64,000 bases of DNA from the human T2T-CHM13v2.0 reference genome, Homo sapiens. The DNA lies in the NCBI RefSeq assembly GCF_009914755.1, contig NC_060927.1. One strand, written 5' to 3'. This document shows positions 1 to 22,000 of this stretch, one piece after another. Within the stretch, counting starts at the first letter, position 1, and every line of letters starts with the position of its first letter. The position numbers and the translations under genes were made by a program. The notes below the pieces were generated by a model. It was not told the DNA's origin, searched no databases, and saw only the letters and a list, made by a program, of their open reading frames with translations.

Positions 1-263
1 TTCATGACCTTTGCAACCGCAGTTTTGGTGGAGTGTTTGGGCTAAAACCTGGCAGCAGCATTTTGAGAAATGTGTGGAAGGTAAGAACATGGAGAAAGGA
101 TATGATCACTATGTGAAAAAAAGTTGTTTCATTATAAAAGATTACAAACTTATGATTTTTAAAATATTAAAGAGAAGTATGAAGTGAAAAAAAACCCTGC
201 CCCTTTTCCTTTCTCATCTTCTCACCTGTTTCCTCCAGTTTTAGTCTCTAGTTTTACTCTTGA

Positions 264-626
<363 letters not shown>

Positions 627-964
627 TGAGAGGGAGACTCAGAAACGCCTTTGCCTGAGAAGAGCTAGGAAATAGAAGGAAAGAAAAAAATGGAACAGAG
701 GAGCTCAGAGAAGATAAAAGGAAGTAGGGATGCAGTGGTCAAGTGGGAGAAAAAAAAGGAGAGGCACTCTTTTCTTTGAGTAGCCAGGAAAAAATGACTT
801 TGTTTTTCTTTCTCAATTAGCAGACCAAGCTGTATGCTGGTGATTGAGGTTTGGATAGGGTTGGTGGCATCTAGTGTGTAGTAACTATGGGAATTAGCAA
901 ATCAATGGCAGAGTGAAGGACTCACTTTCACTCGCTCAGGTCCAAACTAGGCTTTAAATGACTT

Positions 965-1244
965 CTTTTTTTTTTGAGACAGTCTTGCTTTGTTGCCCAG
1001 GGTGGAGTTCAGTAGCACAATCTTGACTCACTACACCCTCTGCTTCCTAGGTTCAAGCGATTCTTCTGCCTTAGCCTCCCGAGTAGCTGGGACTGCAGGC
1101 ACACACCACTGTGCCTGGCTAATTTTTGTATTTTTAGTGGAGATGGGCTTTCATCATGTTGGCCAGGCTGGTCTCGAACTCCTGACCTCAACCCGCCTGC
1201 CTCGGCCTCGCAAACTGTTGGGATTACAGGCCACCACACCTGGC
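965..1244 (-). mobile_element. Alu
   Basis: Antisense Alu flanked by aatgactt repeats. Confidence 0.9.
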
Positions 1245-1598
1245 CTGAATGACTTTTTCACTGAGGAATGCCATAGTCCAGGCAGATGTGCCACCTCATT
1301 GATCGCCAGGGATGACTCAGTTGTCTGGCTAGTTGGGTAAGGGAGGTGTTTTTTCCATCACTTCTGTGTGTCTGTTACTAAAACTGTTCATTTATATTTC
1401 ACAGCAGCTCAAGTGCAACTGTTCTTCAGTACTTTTGTAGCTTTTCATTTCTGTGACTCCTTTGAGGAGGCTCTGTCATGTGAAAGGAAAAATTTGATAA
1501 AATGATTACATGGAGACTTCTAACTAATCGTATTGTGGCAATGGAACTACTTTCACTTCCTCTTTTAAAGAAACAGGTAACAGAAAGCCTCCTCTTTA

Positions 1599-2030
<432 letters not shown>

Positions 2031-2133
2031 AAAACCAAAGAACAAAATTTTATATCTATATACATTGGTGTCTGTGAACCTCATGTGGTATTTTTATGCA
2101 AATAGAAATGGAAGTTATATGTTACCTACTTCA

Positions 2134-2539
<406 letters not shown>

Positions 2540-2618
2540 TTACATTATGAAATTTGTTTAGTAATCATCACATTTAGGGGTTTTAAAGTGACCTTTACTT
2601 TACTTTTGTGTTTTTTAG

Positions 2619-2708
2619 GAGACCCGTGTACAGTATCATCTCAGTTGGAGTTAGAAGAAGCCTTTAGACTTTATGAGCTAAACAAGGATTCTGAACTCTT
2701 GATTCATG
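2619..2708 (+). CDS. PRKCI: PRKCI exon 3 (90 nt), PB1 domain C-terminal part
   Basis: ttttag|GAGACCCG...ATTCATG|gtaag; (G)[29 protein letters not shown]. Confidence 0.97.
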
Positions 2709-3048
2709 GTAAGAGAGTAGTCATTTCATACTCGTCCAGACTGATAATTTCTTTGAAATCACTCTTTATTCTTCACCATTTTGAAACATAATCTTAATGT
2801 CATTTTCTCAATCTCTGTGACTCATGCCTAAGTAATTGTCGTTATTTAGTAGTTTCTCACGTGCTACAGAAGGTAAAATTAATCTGCTGCTTATAGTCTG
2901 GGGAATTTTGTGGTCTCTGTATGTCTTGTTGGATATTAAAATGTGATATCTCAGTGTATCACAGCAAATTTATGATAGAACTTAAAAATTGAGAGCCTGG
3001 GGAATCTAAGTCATCTACTTGAAATTTTGTTATGTATACAAATAATGA

Positions 3049-5428
<2,380 letters not shown>

Positions 5429-5537
5429 TAATGCATTGTTTATAGACATGTTTGTTTTCATAAGAACTTTTTTCTTTCTTTCTTTTTTTTTTTTTTTTTT
5501 AACATCAACAAAGCAAGGCAAATAAAACCTTCTTTTG

Positions 5538-5890
<353 letters not shown>

Positions 5891-6026
5891 CTAAGTATCT
5901 TGTCTCAAGTGAAGAGAGGGTCAGGTTGAAATCTGGGTCAGTTTCTTTTACATTTGAATTTTAAATTCTGTGTAATTTGTATGTTTTAAATATGCTGTTA
6001 ACTCATGTTCGTTTATTTTCTTTCAG

Positions 6027-6077
6027 TGTTCCCTTGTGTACCAGAACGTCCTGGGATGCCTTGTCCAGGAGAAGATA
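6027..6077 (+). CDS. PRKCI: PRKCI exon 4 (51 nt)
   Basis: tttcag|TGTTCCCT...GAAGATA|gtgag; [17 protein letters not shown]. Confidence 0.96.
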
Positions 6078-6118
6078 GTGAGTGTTTATATACTTCATAC
6101 CTTTTACAAGAGTTACTA

Positions 6119-6462
<344 letters not shown>

Positions 6463-6926
6463 GGAAATAGAAGTTCTAATTCATTTGATTTCTTTTCCAT
6501 TTTTCAGTCAATTTAGAATATATTAGTGACTGCCCAAATGCTACTTTGCCAGATCAAATTCAGATAGTTCTTAGTTACAACTTACATGATTGCCTGTTGC
6601 ACATATGAAAGGAATATTAAGTTAAATTTAAGTTTTAAAATTCAATTTTGGAAATGTTCAAACCTATACAGAAGTTGAAACAACATGGAAAACAAGGATA
6701 CCTATATATCCTTTGCCCAGATTTACCAATTTTTAACGTTTTCCCTGTTTGCTTTATCTCTGTATCTGTCTATATCTCATATATGCATGCACAGTTATAC
6801 ATAACAAACACATTTTTTTTTTTTTGGTTATACCACTTGAGACTGACATGACACTCAGCACATGTAATTAGGAATTGGCTTTTTTTTTTTCTGCAGTGTT
6901 TTTTACTTAAACAGGTATTAAGTCAC

Positions 6927-7225
6927 TTTTGTTGTTGTTGTTTTTGAGACAGAATCTCGCTTTCTCACCCAGGCTGGAGTGCAGTGACGCAATCTTGGCT
7001 CATTGCAACCTTCACCTCTGGGGTTCAAGCAATTCTCCTGCCTCAGCCTCCTGAGTACCTGGGATTACAGGCGCCAACACCATGCTCAGCTTATTTTTGT
7101 ACTTTTAGTAGAGTTGAGGTTTCACCATGTTGGCCAGGCCGGTGTCGAACTACTGACCTCAGGTGATCCACCTGCCTCAGCCTCCCAGAGTGCTGTGATT
7201 ACAGGTGTGAGCCACTGCACCTGGC
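6927..7225 (-). mobile_element. Alu
   Basis: Antisense dimer; TSD aagtcactt. Confidence 0.9.
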
Positions 7226-7479
7226 CCCAAGTCACTTATTAAATGTCTTTAAATATTGCAGACTTCCTACAGTTGACCCAGAGAAATGTGTATATTTATT
7301 AGATCTCCAATTCCTAGTAACTTCAGGTAACCAACCAGAGTCCACAGTGGAACGGTGATTCTTACCCTTGGACACATTAAAATTGTGGGATGGAGGGAAT
7401 GATCAATGCCAAATTTCCATCCCCAAGCTTAATGAATTAGTGTGGAGGTGAAATCTGGATATCTTTGTATTTTAAAATG

Positions 7480-7967
<488 letters not shown>

Positions 7968-8257
7968 TTAAAAGCTTCCCCAGGTCAGGAATTGTTAACG
8001 GAATTTCTTTGGAATATCTAAGCCAATGGTTACTATTAATGAGATGAACTAAGAGTGTCCAACTACTCTTTGTTCTAATGTAATTTAATATGCAAACTTA
8101 TGTTTGATTGTAAGTTATTGCTTTTGGTATTTTGGCATAATTTACTAATTGTGGATATTAGGCAACTCATTTTCATTTGTGGTTTCTGCACATGCCCATC
8201 ACTTTAGAAGGAATAGTGGTAAATGCTTTGCTTTGAATTAATCGAAATAGCTCTAAA

Positions 8258-8568
8258 CTTTCTTTTTCTTTTTTTTTTTTTTGAGATGGTCTTGCTCTGT
8301 CGCCCAGGCTGGAGTGCAGTGGCGAGAACTCGGCTGACTGCAAGCTCTGCCTCCTGGGTTCATGCCATTCAGCCTCCTGAGTAGCTGGGATTTTAGGTGC
8401 CCACTACCACGCCCGTCTAATTTTTTTTTTTGTATTTTTAGTAGAGATGGGGTTTTGTATTTTTAGTAGAGTGCTAGCCAGGATGGTCTCAATCTCCTGA
8501 TCTTGTGATCTGCCCACCTCGGCCTCCCAAAGTGCTGGGATTACGGGCGTGAGCCACCGCGCCCGGCC
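8258..8568 (-). mobile_element. Alu (AluY-like) with internal slippage duplication of the linker
   Basis: Antisense Alu; ttttgtatttttagtagag occurs twice; TSD taaactttc. Confidence 0.85.
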
Positions 8569-8879
8569 TAAACTTTCAATTCTGTATTAAGCTATCCTGA
8601 GATTTCTAATTGAGAGCATTGCAACTGGTCTTTAGTATCTTAATTTTAAATAGTAAACCCATTGCTATATTTGCTTTAAAATATGACTTTGGGAACCTGT
8701 TGTAATCTTTCTATGGTATTAACTATTACTGTTATTACCATTACTGTGGGATGTTATTATTAATGACTAATAGACAATATATAAAATAATGATGGACTTA
8801 AAAATATGAAGGTGGACTAGATTTGATCGTTTGGAACCTCTTTCTCTAACTATATTTGAGAAACATATTAATATAAAGA

Positions 8880-10020
<1,141 letters not shown>

Positions 10021-10039
10021 AAAAAGAAAAGCAGTAGTA

Positions 10040-10436
<397 letters not shown>

Positions 10437-10562
10437 TCAGGTTTTTATCAGTATTTTTTTTTCTTGCAGTGAGTATCATGAAAAAATTACAGACTTAATT
10501 ATAAAATGATTTTTACTCAAACTTGCTCTTTTTTCTTTTTTTAACTATTACTCTGTCTTCAG

Positions 10563-10648
10563 AATCCATCTACCGTAGAGGTGCACGCCGCTGGAGAAAG
10601 CTTTATTGTGCCAATGGCCACACTTTCCAAGCCAAGCGTTTCAACAGG
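10563..10648 (+). CDS. PRKCI: PRKCI exon 5 (86 nt), pseudosubstrate and start of C1
   Basis: cttcag|AATCCATC...AACAGG|gtaaac; [29 protein letters not shown]. Confidence 0.97.
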
Positions 10649-10846
10649 GTAAACATAGTTTGTTGAATGTCGATAATGTGAAACAGCTATTTTTTCCCTT
10701 TCTACTATGAAAGAAAGGTAGTTTGTTATTAAGTCTTGTTATACACTTTTAAATACATAAGTAGCATGACCTTACATTTCCAGTTTGCCTGAGGCAGTAT
10801 GCCTATAATTTTTAATAGCATCTCTTTCACTCTTAAAAATGCTCCA

Positions 10847-11183
<337 letters not shown>

Positions 11184-11309
11184 CTAGCTGTAAGAAAATT
11201 GAATTTTAAAATATAATTTAAGGCAACCAGAAAACAAGCAAGGTTTATTTATTTAATATTAATCTTTATTTTTCCAGTTAGTGTTGTAATTTGATTTTCA
11301 CTGTTTAGA

Positions 11310-11862
<553 letters not shown>

Positions 11863-12027
11863 AGAAACGAATTTTTTAAATACTCTTGATAACCGCAAAT
11901 TTTTGGATGCCATTTCCATTCTAAAACTAATGCCATGTAATTAATTAATGTAAATAGAAACCACCACCCGAAATCCCTCTCCAAACTCTCTTACTTCCAG
12001 TAGCACTGACATTTAAGAAGGCTTTGA

Positions 12028-12666
<639 letters not shown>

Positions 12667-13068
12667 TTATTGCTCTTTAAGAAAACAGAGCTTTGTTTTG
12701 ACCTCTGAACAGCCTGCAAGGTTTATGTTTGCTTAGGAGTCCTTCAATGGCTTTTTCTGCCATATATATTTCTAGTTTAATTCTGTTTTCATTATTTTGA
12801 ACTTGATTATGTAAAGACTGAAAATTCTTAGACTTAGAAAGAAATGTGGTTGCAGATTTCACTGTCTCTTTAAAATAAGCTCTGTTTTTCGCTGACCTTC
12901 ATAGCTTTTAAAAAATTATGTATGAGGAAGCTTTGTTTTGCTTTTGTTTTTGTTTTTGTTGTGGGCTGACAGTTGACACCGTGACAAAGGGAATTGAGTC
13001 AGCAAACTATTTGGGAAATGGTTATGACCTTCTTGGTTAATAAAATATTGTTGAATTACTCTTTTCAG

Positions 13069-13209
13069 CGTGCTCACTGTGCCATCTGCACAGACCGAAT
13101 ATGGGGACTTGGACGCCAAGGATATAAGTGCATCAACTGCAAACTTTTGGTTCATAAGAAGTGCCATAAACTCGTCACAATTGAATGTGGGCGGCATTCT
13201 TTGCCACAG
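13069..13209 (+). CDS. PRKCI: PRKCI exon 6 (141 nt), atypical C1 zinc finger
   Basis: tttcag|CGTGCT...CCACAG|gtaag; [47 protein letters not shown]. Confidence 0.97.
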
Positions 13210-14254
13210 GTAAGATGTCTGTCCTTTTTTTTTTTTTTTTTTTTAAGAGCGTGCTTGATAACACTGCTATAACAGAGTGCTAAAATAGGGAGGTGTTCAG
13301 GAATTACAGCACAACAGAGTAGCTACAGAGTATGGGGAGGAATACCTTACGTTACTGTTAACACACCGTGAACTTTGGAACTTCGAAATATCTGTGGTAA
13401 TACTTGTCTGTGGGACACAGTTAACTTCTTTACCTGCTGTAAAATCCTCTGGTCTAAATTAGGAAGCTATAGAGAGAACCATTTAAGAGTTTTTTCCCCC
13501 TCTCCTTTAATCTGAACGTATTAGTTTATAGCTCACATTATTCTAGCTTCTATCCTAAGCAGATATCAGGTAAGAAGAGTCAAAGGTATCATGTTTGTTA
13601 TTTAAACTGTGAGATTACTGGCGAGGAAAGCATTTAAAATTTTTATTTATTAATTTCTATTTTAAATATATAAAACATGTTTGTTATCGAAAAAAATACA
13701 GAATACAGATGAATAAAGAAAACTAAGTAAAAGTCCACATATATTCTACCATGTAAAGGTAATTGTCATTTGGTGGATATCCTTCCAGAACTTTTCCTGT
13801 GCAAATTTATATGCATAAACATTTTTAATTTTCCATATGGAAAAAATGTAAACATGTATAAGAGTAGGTGGAACACTATAATGAACTCCCATTTACTAGA
13901 CATCCAGCTCCAACAGTTATCAACTCATGTCTAATCTTGGTTTCATCTGTACCCCCATTCACTTAACTTCCCCTTGCCCTGTATTATTTTCAAACAAATC
14001 TCAGACATATTTCAGTATGTACCTCTAAAAGAGAAGGACTTTTTTAAAAACCTAACTAAAAAACAAATTCTTTATGTCAAATATCCAGTAAGTGTTCTCA
14101 TAAATATTATAATTTTGTTTTTATAGTTTTCATTATGAATCAGGATCCAAATGAAATGCACTTGTACAATTGATTGATCTCTTAGATATTCTTTAATTTA
14201 CTGGTTCTTTCTTCATTTCTCTCTCTTCTTTTTTTCCTTACAATTTAATTGTAA

Positions 14255-14831
<577 letters not shown>

Positions 14832-14880
14832 TAGAATTACTGGGTTAAAAGATACGCATTTAAAAAAATACCTGGATGCA

Positions 14881-14943
14881 GCTATCTAAGCACACTGCCT
14901 ATCGATTAGCCCTGCTCCACAAGGAACAGTCAAAAAAAGAAAG
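14881..14943 (+). mobile_element. Short non-Alu retroposed insertion (50 nt + A-tail) with 17-bp TSD
   Basis: aaaaatacctggatgca at 14864-14880 and 14944-14960. Confidence 0.8.
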
Positions 14944-15933
14944 AAAAATACCTGGATGCATCTTTCTAAATTGTCCTTTAGAATTGTTATTCCATGTTTA
15001 TTCATGGGACTTGCTTTGGACATTGTGAAAGCAGGTTATTACCGGTAGCTCTTTGGTATTAGAATCTTTAATTAGTTCATATAAGCTTAGGAATGGGTTT
15101 GTAGTAAAGGGGAAAATCCAATCTTAAGGAAAAACAGAAGGCTGACTATTTCCAACATATTTATGTAGGTTACTATTAATATTTTTGAGTATTCTTTGGT
15201 GACATATGGAAGGAAAGGGGGCAGGGTTAGTGATTATATTGAAGTTTTAAAAATCCTTAAGCTTACTTATGAGCCTTTCTTTAACGCAGCCTTGAAATGC
15301 TAACTGTATCATTAATGTTCTTTCTCAAGTTTACTTTTTCCTGCTGGTATTCATTAAATGTGAGTCTAAGAATAAATCAGTAATAACTTGGGTTTGAATT
15401 TACCTTTTTCCTGAGATTATTCGCCATTATTTGGGTAAGTTGGATTCTAGAAAGTATTTCTTTTCTCTTTTTTGGGGCCACTGACACCCTTGAGAATCTT
15501 CAGGAAAATGGGAAACCCACAAAATTTTACATGTAATTTTAAGAGGTTATAGACATCCTGAAGTCTACCCCGGACCCCAGCTAAAGAATGCATATTCCAG
15601 AAACTTATTTTTGCCAAAGATCTGAAGTGGAGCTTGAAGGAAGAATAGGTAGTGTTGAAGAGAAGCAAAGCAGAATATATGGCAGTTTAATATGATTTCT
15701 AATTGGTGGTCTGAAATTAGTTTTGTATTTTCTTTTCTGTAAAATGTGACTAACATTACCTCATTCACAGCAGTATTGTATAGTTTCATAAAACAAAATT
15801 AAAAGTAAATTCTCACTTAAGTTATATTCTTTCAAAATTAAATTTTAATATGCTGTGTGTTGTTGAAATAGTGTTATTTCTGGTGTAATAGAGGTACTCC
15901 ACTGAGTTACTGTGTCTTTGGAAATGTTTGTAG

Positions 15934-15988
15934 GAACCAGTGATGCCCATGGATCAGTCATCCATGCATTCTGACCATGCACAGACAG
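15934..15988 (+). CDS. PRKCI: PRKCI exon 7 (55 nt), hinge
   Basis: ttgtag|GAACCA...CAGACAG|gtaag; EPVMPMDQSSMHSDHAQT. Confidence 0.95.
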
Positions 15989-16180
15989 GTAAGAGTGGTG
16001 CTGGCACAACCCATTGTTCATTCACAGAGTAGCATGTAAAGACTTACTTAGGTGACTCTCTTACCCAAGTTTAAAAACATTTACTTCTTCCCAATTAAAA
16101 GTAAATACATATATTTTGTAGTGGTGAAATCAGTCACACTATTTAACATACACATTTGGCATTTTTAAAAGACAACTGTG

Positions 16181-16631
<451 letters not shown>

Positions 16632-16675
16632 GTATGTAAACTACAACAAATGACTATTTTTTCTAGTTCACATAA

Positions 16676-17081
<406 letters not shown>

Positions 17082-17876
17082 GAAGTGACTTGTTTTTATT
17101 AAAAGCTTTATTATCAGAAGTAGAAATTATGTGAAACATAGAGAGATGCAATATAGGAAATTCCAGGAAGATGGTGTAACTGAAAACGTTAGATAGATAC
17201 AAAACCTTAAACACGTATCTGGGAAATTTGGAGAGCAGTGCAAGGAGGTAGAACAGCATGATCTTCTCTGGACTAAATCAAGAAAGGGAAAACAAGGGAG
17301 TTTTTCTGGAAAGACAAAATGCAATCTCGTAGTCATAGAATGATCAACTCTATGAAATGCAGGCTCTTTTTTTTTTGCCCCAAGTAGCTTTAAGAAGTAG
17401 AAGTTCCATCCTTGTCTGTTCTTTACTTGACCATTGTGGTAGTTAGGAAAATTCTGAGTACAATGGAGTGAGAAGTGAAAACCAGAGGTCCTGTATCTCT
17501 ATGTCTTAGTCATACTAAAAAATTTAAACATATCTTATAGAGTCATTTGTTTAGAAGGAAGTGTTTGATTAATTTGTAAAGAAGAGAAATGTTTTAAAAA
17601 TAACGAAAGTACTTGTTAAAAGCAGTACTTGGCTACCAGGTTGTGATGCTTGCTCTCTTTACCCTCACTAAAGATTAGGATTTAACTATTGTATTTACAT
17701 ACAATTTGTTATTAGTAGGACAGATAGTCAGTTTTAAATAATGAAAATTTATTCAGAAGTAAAAACTAAAATAAAAATCAGGAGACAATTTTTATTTCAA
17801 ACTCATTAATGGTTGCTGTTTTTTTCTCCTGCACCTTTTTTTTTTTTTTTTTTAATGTTTGGTATTGGGTTTTTAG

Positions 17877-17935
17877 TAATTCCATATAATCCTTCAAGTC
17901 ATGAGAGTTTGGATCAAGTTGGTGAAGAAAAAGAG
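17877..17935 (+). CDS. PRKCI: PRKCI exon 8 (59 nt), hinge
   Basis: ttttag|TAATTCCA...AAAGAG|gtaag; [20 protein letters not shown]. Confidence 0.95.
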
Positions 17936-18582
17936 GTAAGATAATTTGTCTTATTGTACATTATATCATTAGCTTTTTAATAAGGCTCAGGAGTTTAAAA
18001 GTATGACATATTGACCTGCTTAGACTTTAGATCATAATGGTGAAATGCAAAAATGATTTGTAATGATTCCAGAGTTTTATTCTGATTTAATTTAGTAATT
18101 AAATTACTAATTTAAACTAGGAAATAATTTAGTGGGATAACTTATTTTCATTTTAAAATAGCTTAATCTGAAAATTACAATGTATTTAAGGATACTGTTT
18201 AAAATACTTGGTAGTATTGTTTAAAATATATAGTAGACCCTTCCGTTTTGTGCCTGAATTGCTTATTTAGACAATAAATGATTAAACATATTAACTGTCA
18301 TTGTTTTTTTGACTATTAAGTATTTTATCAGTTTTTAAAACAAAACAAATAATTAAAATGATTTGATTAAAATAATAATCAGTTTTTTGAAAAAAGCTTA
18401 TAGTGAAAAAGATAATCATGTCTCCCACCTTCCACTCCCAGTTTGGCTTCTTGGCAACCTTTTAAACCATTTCTAGTTATGTCCATAATATTTATATTTC
18501 TGTTTTTCAATTTTTTATTTTTGTGTATTTCTGGACATGAAAGATTTAGTTCACACTGCCTCCTCTCTTTCCCGTATCATTC

Positions 18583-18886
18583 TTTTTTTTTTTTTTTTTG
18601 AGTTGGGGTCTTGCTGTGTTGCCCAGGCTGGAGTGCAGTGGTGTGATTATGGCTCACTGCAACCTTAAACTCCTGGGCTCAAGTTATCTTCCCACCTTAG
18701 CCTCCCGAGTAGCTAGGACTATAGCCCTGTGCCACCACACCCAGCTAATTTTTTCATTTTCTATTTTGTAGAGACAGAGTCTCACTATGTTGCCCAAGCT
18801 AGTCCCGAACTCCTGGCCTCAAGCAGTTCTCCCAAATCAGCCTCTCTAAGTGTTAGGATTACAGGCATGAGCCACCATGCCCAGCC
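18583..18886 (-). mobile_element. Alu (AluJ-like)
   Basis: Antisense dimer with J-type diagnostics. Confidence 0.85.
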
Positions 18887-19257
18887 AAAACTTTGAAACA
18901 TAAATAAAAGTAAACAATAATATAACAAAGCCCTTGTATCTATTGTTAGTTAAAACAGCTATCAATTCATGTCTAGCCTTATTTTGTCTACTCACTTCCC
19001 TCACTCCTGTATTATTTTGAAGAAACCTGTTAGTCACCTATTTGATGTTATGTTTTAGTTTCTTGTTCTGTTTGTCTGAAAAAGTCTTTTTTTCTTTTTA
19101 ACTTTTTTTTTTCTTTTTATTTTTTTTGTGAGACAGGATTATTGCACAGGCACCCGTGCAGTGGTGCAATGATGGCTCACTACAGCCTCAACTTCTTGAG
19201 TTCAAGCCACCTCAGCCTCTCAGGTAGCTGGGACTACAGGCATGTGTCACCACTGGA

Positions 19258-20074
19258 CCCTCATCACAATATACAAAAATTTACTCAAGGTGGAATAAAG
19301 ATTTAAATGTAATACCTCAAACTATAAAAATCCTAGAAGAAAACCTAGGAAATATCCTCTCGACATTGGCCCCGGCAAAGAATTTTTGGCTAAGTCTCCG
19401 AAAACAATTGCAACAAAGCCAAAAATTGACAAGTGGGACCTAATTAAACTACAGAGCTTCCACGCAGCAAAAGAATCCACCAATAAACAGACAACCTAAA
19501 GAATGGGAGAAAATAGTCACAAACTATACATCCAACAAAGATCTCATATCCAGAATTTATAAGGAACTTAACAGCAAAAAACAACCCCATTAAAAAATGA
19601 GCAAAGGGCTGGGCATGGTGGCTTACACCAGTAATCCCAGCACTTTGGGAGGCAGAGTCAGGCAGATCACTTGAGGCCAGGAGTTTGAGATCAGCCTGGC
19701 TGACATAGTGAAACCCCATGTCTACTAAAAATACAAAAAAAAAAAAAAAATTAGGGCGTGGTGGCACACACCTATAATACTAGCTACTTAAGAGGTTGAG
19801 GCACGAAAATCATTGGAACTGGGGAGGCGGAGATTACAATGAGCCAAGATCATGCCACTGCACTCCAGCCTGGGCGACAGAGCAAGACACTGTTTAAAAA
19901 AAGAAAAAAAAAAGGGCAAAGGACATGAACAGACATATCTCAAAATAAGACCTATAAGCAGCCAACACACATGAAAAACCACTCATCGTCACTAATTATC
20001 AGAGAAATAGAAATCAAAACCACAGTGAGATACCATCTCACACCAGTCAGAATAGCTGTTACTAAAAAATCAAC
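19258..20074 (+). mobile_element. L1 ORF2 3' fragment (L1PB/L1MA-age) interrupted by a sense Alu (19607-19913)
   Basis: aaactataaaaatcctagaagaaaacctagg, aaaattgacaagtgggacctaattaaacta and gataccatctcacaccagtcagaat are hallmark L1 ORF2 sequence. Confidence 0.9.
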
Positions 20075-20388
<314 letters not shown>

Positions 20389-20984
20389 CTAGAAGATGCA
20401 GTGACCTTGGCACACCTTAAATTCATTCCTTTTCCATTCCTGCCTTTGGGTGTTATTATTATCAGAGTTTAAAATTCTGTGTGTGTGTATATTTGTTTTT
20501 TTAAACAGTTACTCCTTATGTAGATTTACCCACATTTTACCCTTTTTGTTTTTCTTTCCTTCCTACGTCTGTTCCTCCATCTGAGATCATGCATTTTCTC
20601 CTTCAAGAACTCAATTTAGTTTTTCCTTTAGTGAGCACCTAGTAGTGATGGATCCACTCAGTTTTTCTTTGTCTGAAAATGTTTTTCTTTCACTTTCACT
20701 TTGTGAGCTACTTTTGCAGGATAGAGAATTCTAGGTCAGCTGTTTTCTTCTTTTTTAGGCCCTTTGAAGATGACATTTCACTGTTAAGTGGCGTCTATCA
20801 TTTCATTCAGCCTTATTATTGTGTCGGTGAAGTTAACTCTATCTTTTTTGCTCCACTTGATTCTCTCTTATAGTTTCCAGTTAGCCATATTTCAAGTCTA
20901 TGTGTTGACTTACTTTCTTACACTTCTCTTCTTTCTTAACCTTCTCAAACCTGGTTTCTTTTCACTCTGCTGTATTTACCCTTG

Positions 20985-21654
20985 TGTGTTAGTCTGTTTT
21001 GTGTTGTTACAAAGGAATACCTGAAGGTTGGGTGTGGCAGCTCACACCTATAATCCTAGGACTTTAGACCGGGAGGATCATTTGAGGCCAGTAGTTCAGG
21101 ACCAGCCTTGGCAACATAGCAAGACCCTCCATGTCTACAAAAAATAAATAAAAATTAGCCGGGTTTGGAGGCACATGCCTGTAGCCCCAGCTACTTGGGA
21201 GACTGAGGCAGGAGGATCACTTGAGCCCAGGAGTTCATGGCTGCAGTGAGCTATGTTCGTGCCACTGCACTGCAGCCTGGGTGACAGAACAAGACCTTTT
21301 CTTAAATAAATAAATAAATGAAGGAAGGAATAAAGGAATACCTAAGGCTGGGTAATTTATACAAGATTTATTTGGTGCACGGTTCTGCAGGCTGATCAGT
21401 AAGTATTGCACTAGCATCTGCTTCTCAGGAAGCTTTCAGTCTTGGCAGAAGGCAAAGGGGAAGCAGGTGTGCCACATGGCAAGAGAGGGAGCAAGGGAGT
21501 CAGGGGAGGTGCCACACTCTGAACTCACTCATTACACAGGAACACACCAAGCCATTCATGAGGAATCTGTCCCTGTGACCCAAACACCTCCCACTAGGGA
21601 TCACATTTCAGCATGAGATTTGAGATTTGGAGGGGTCAGATATACAAACTATCA
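20985..21654 (-). mobile_element. MST-family (MSTA/MSTB) MaLR solo LTR with a sense AluJ-like insertion (~21026-21320)
   Basis: tgtgttagtc...aaactatca termini; 5-bp TSD ccttg at 20980-20984 and 21655-21659; Alu TSD aaaggaatacct. Confidence 0.85.
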
Positions 21655-21672
21655 CCTTGTTACCAAATCAAA

Positions 21673-22000
<328 letters not shown>

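Noticed and set aside
18086-18116. 31-bp near-perfect AT-rich palindrome (ttagtaatt-a-aattactaa core)
   Set aside because: Real, but very low complexity in an AT-rich intron; plausible by chance or local fold-back, with no supporting context.
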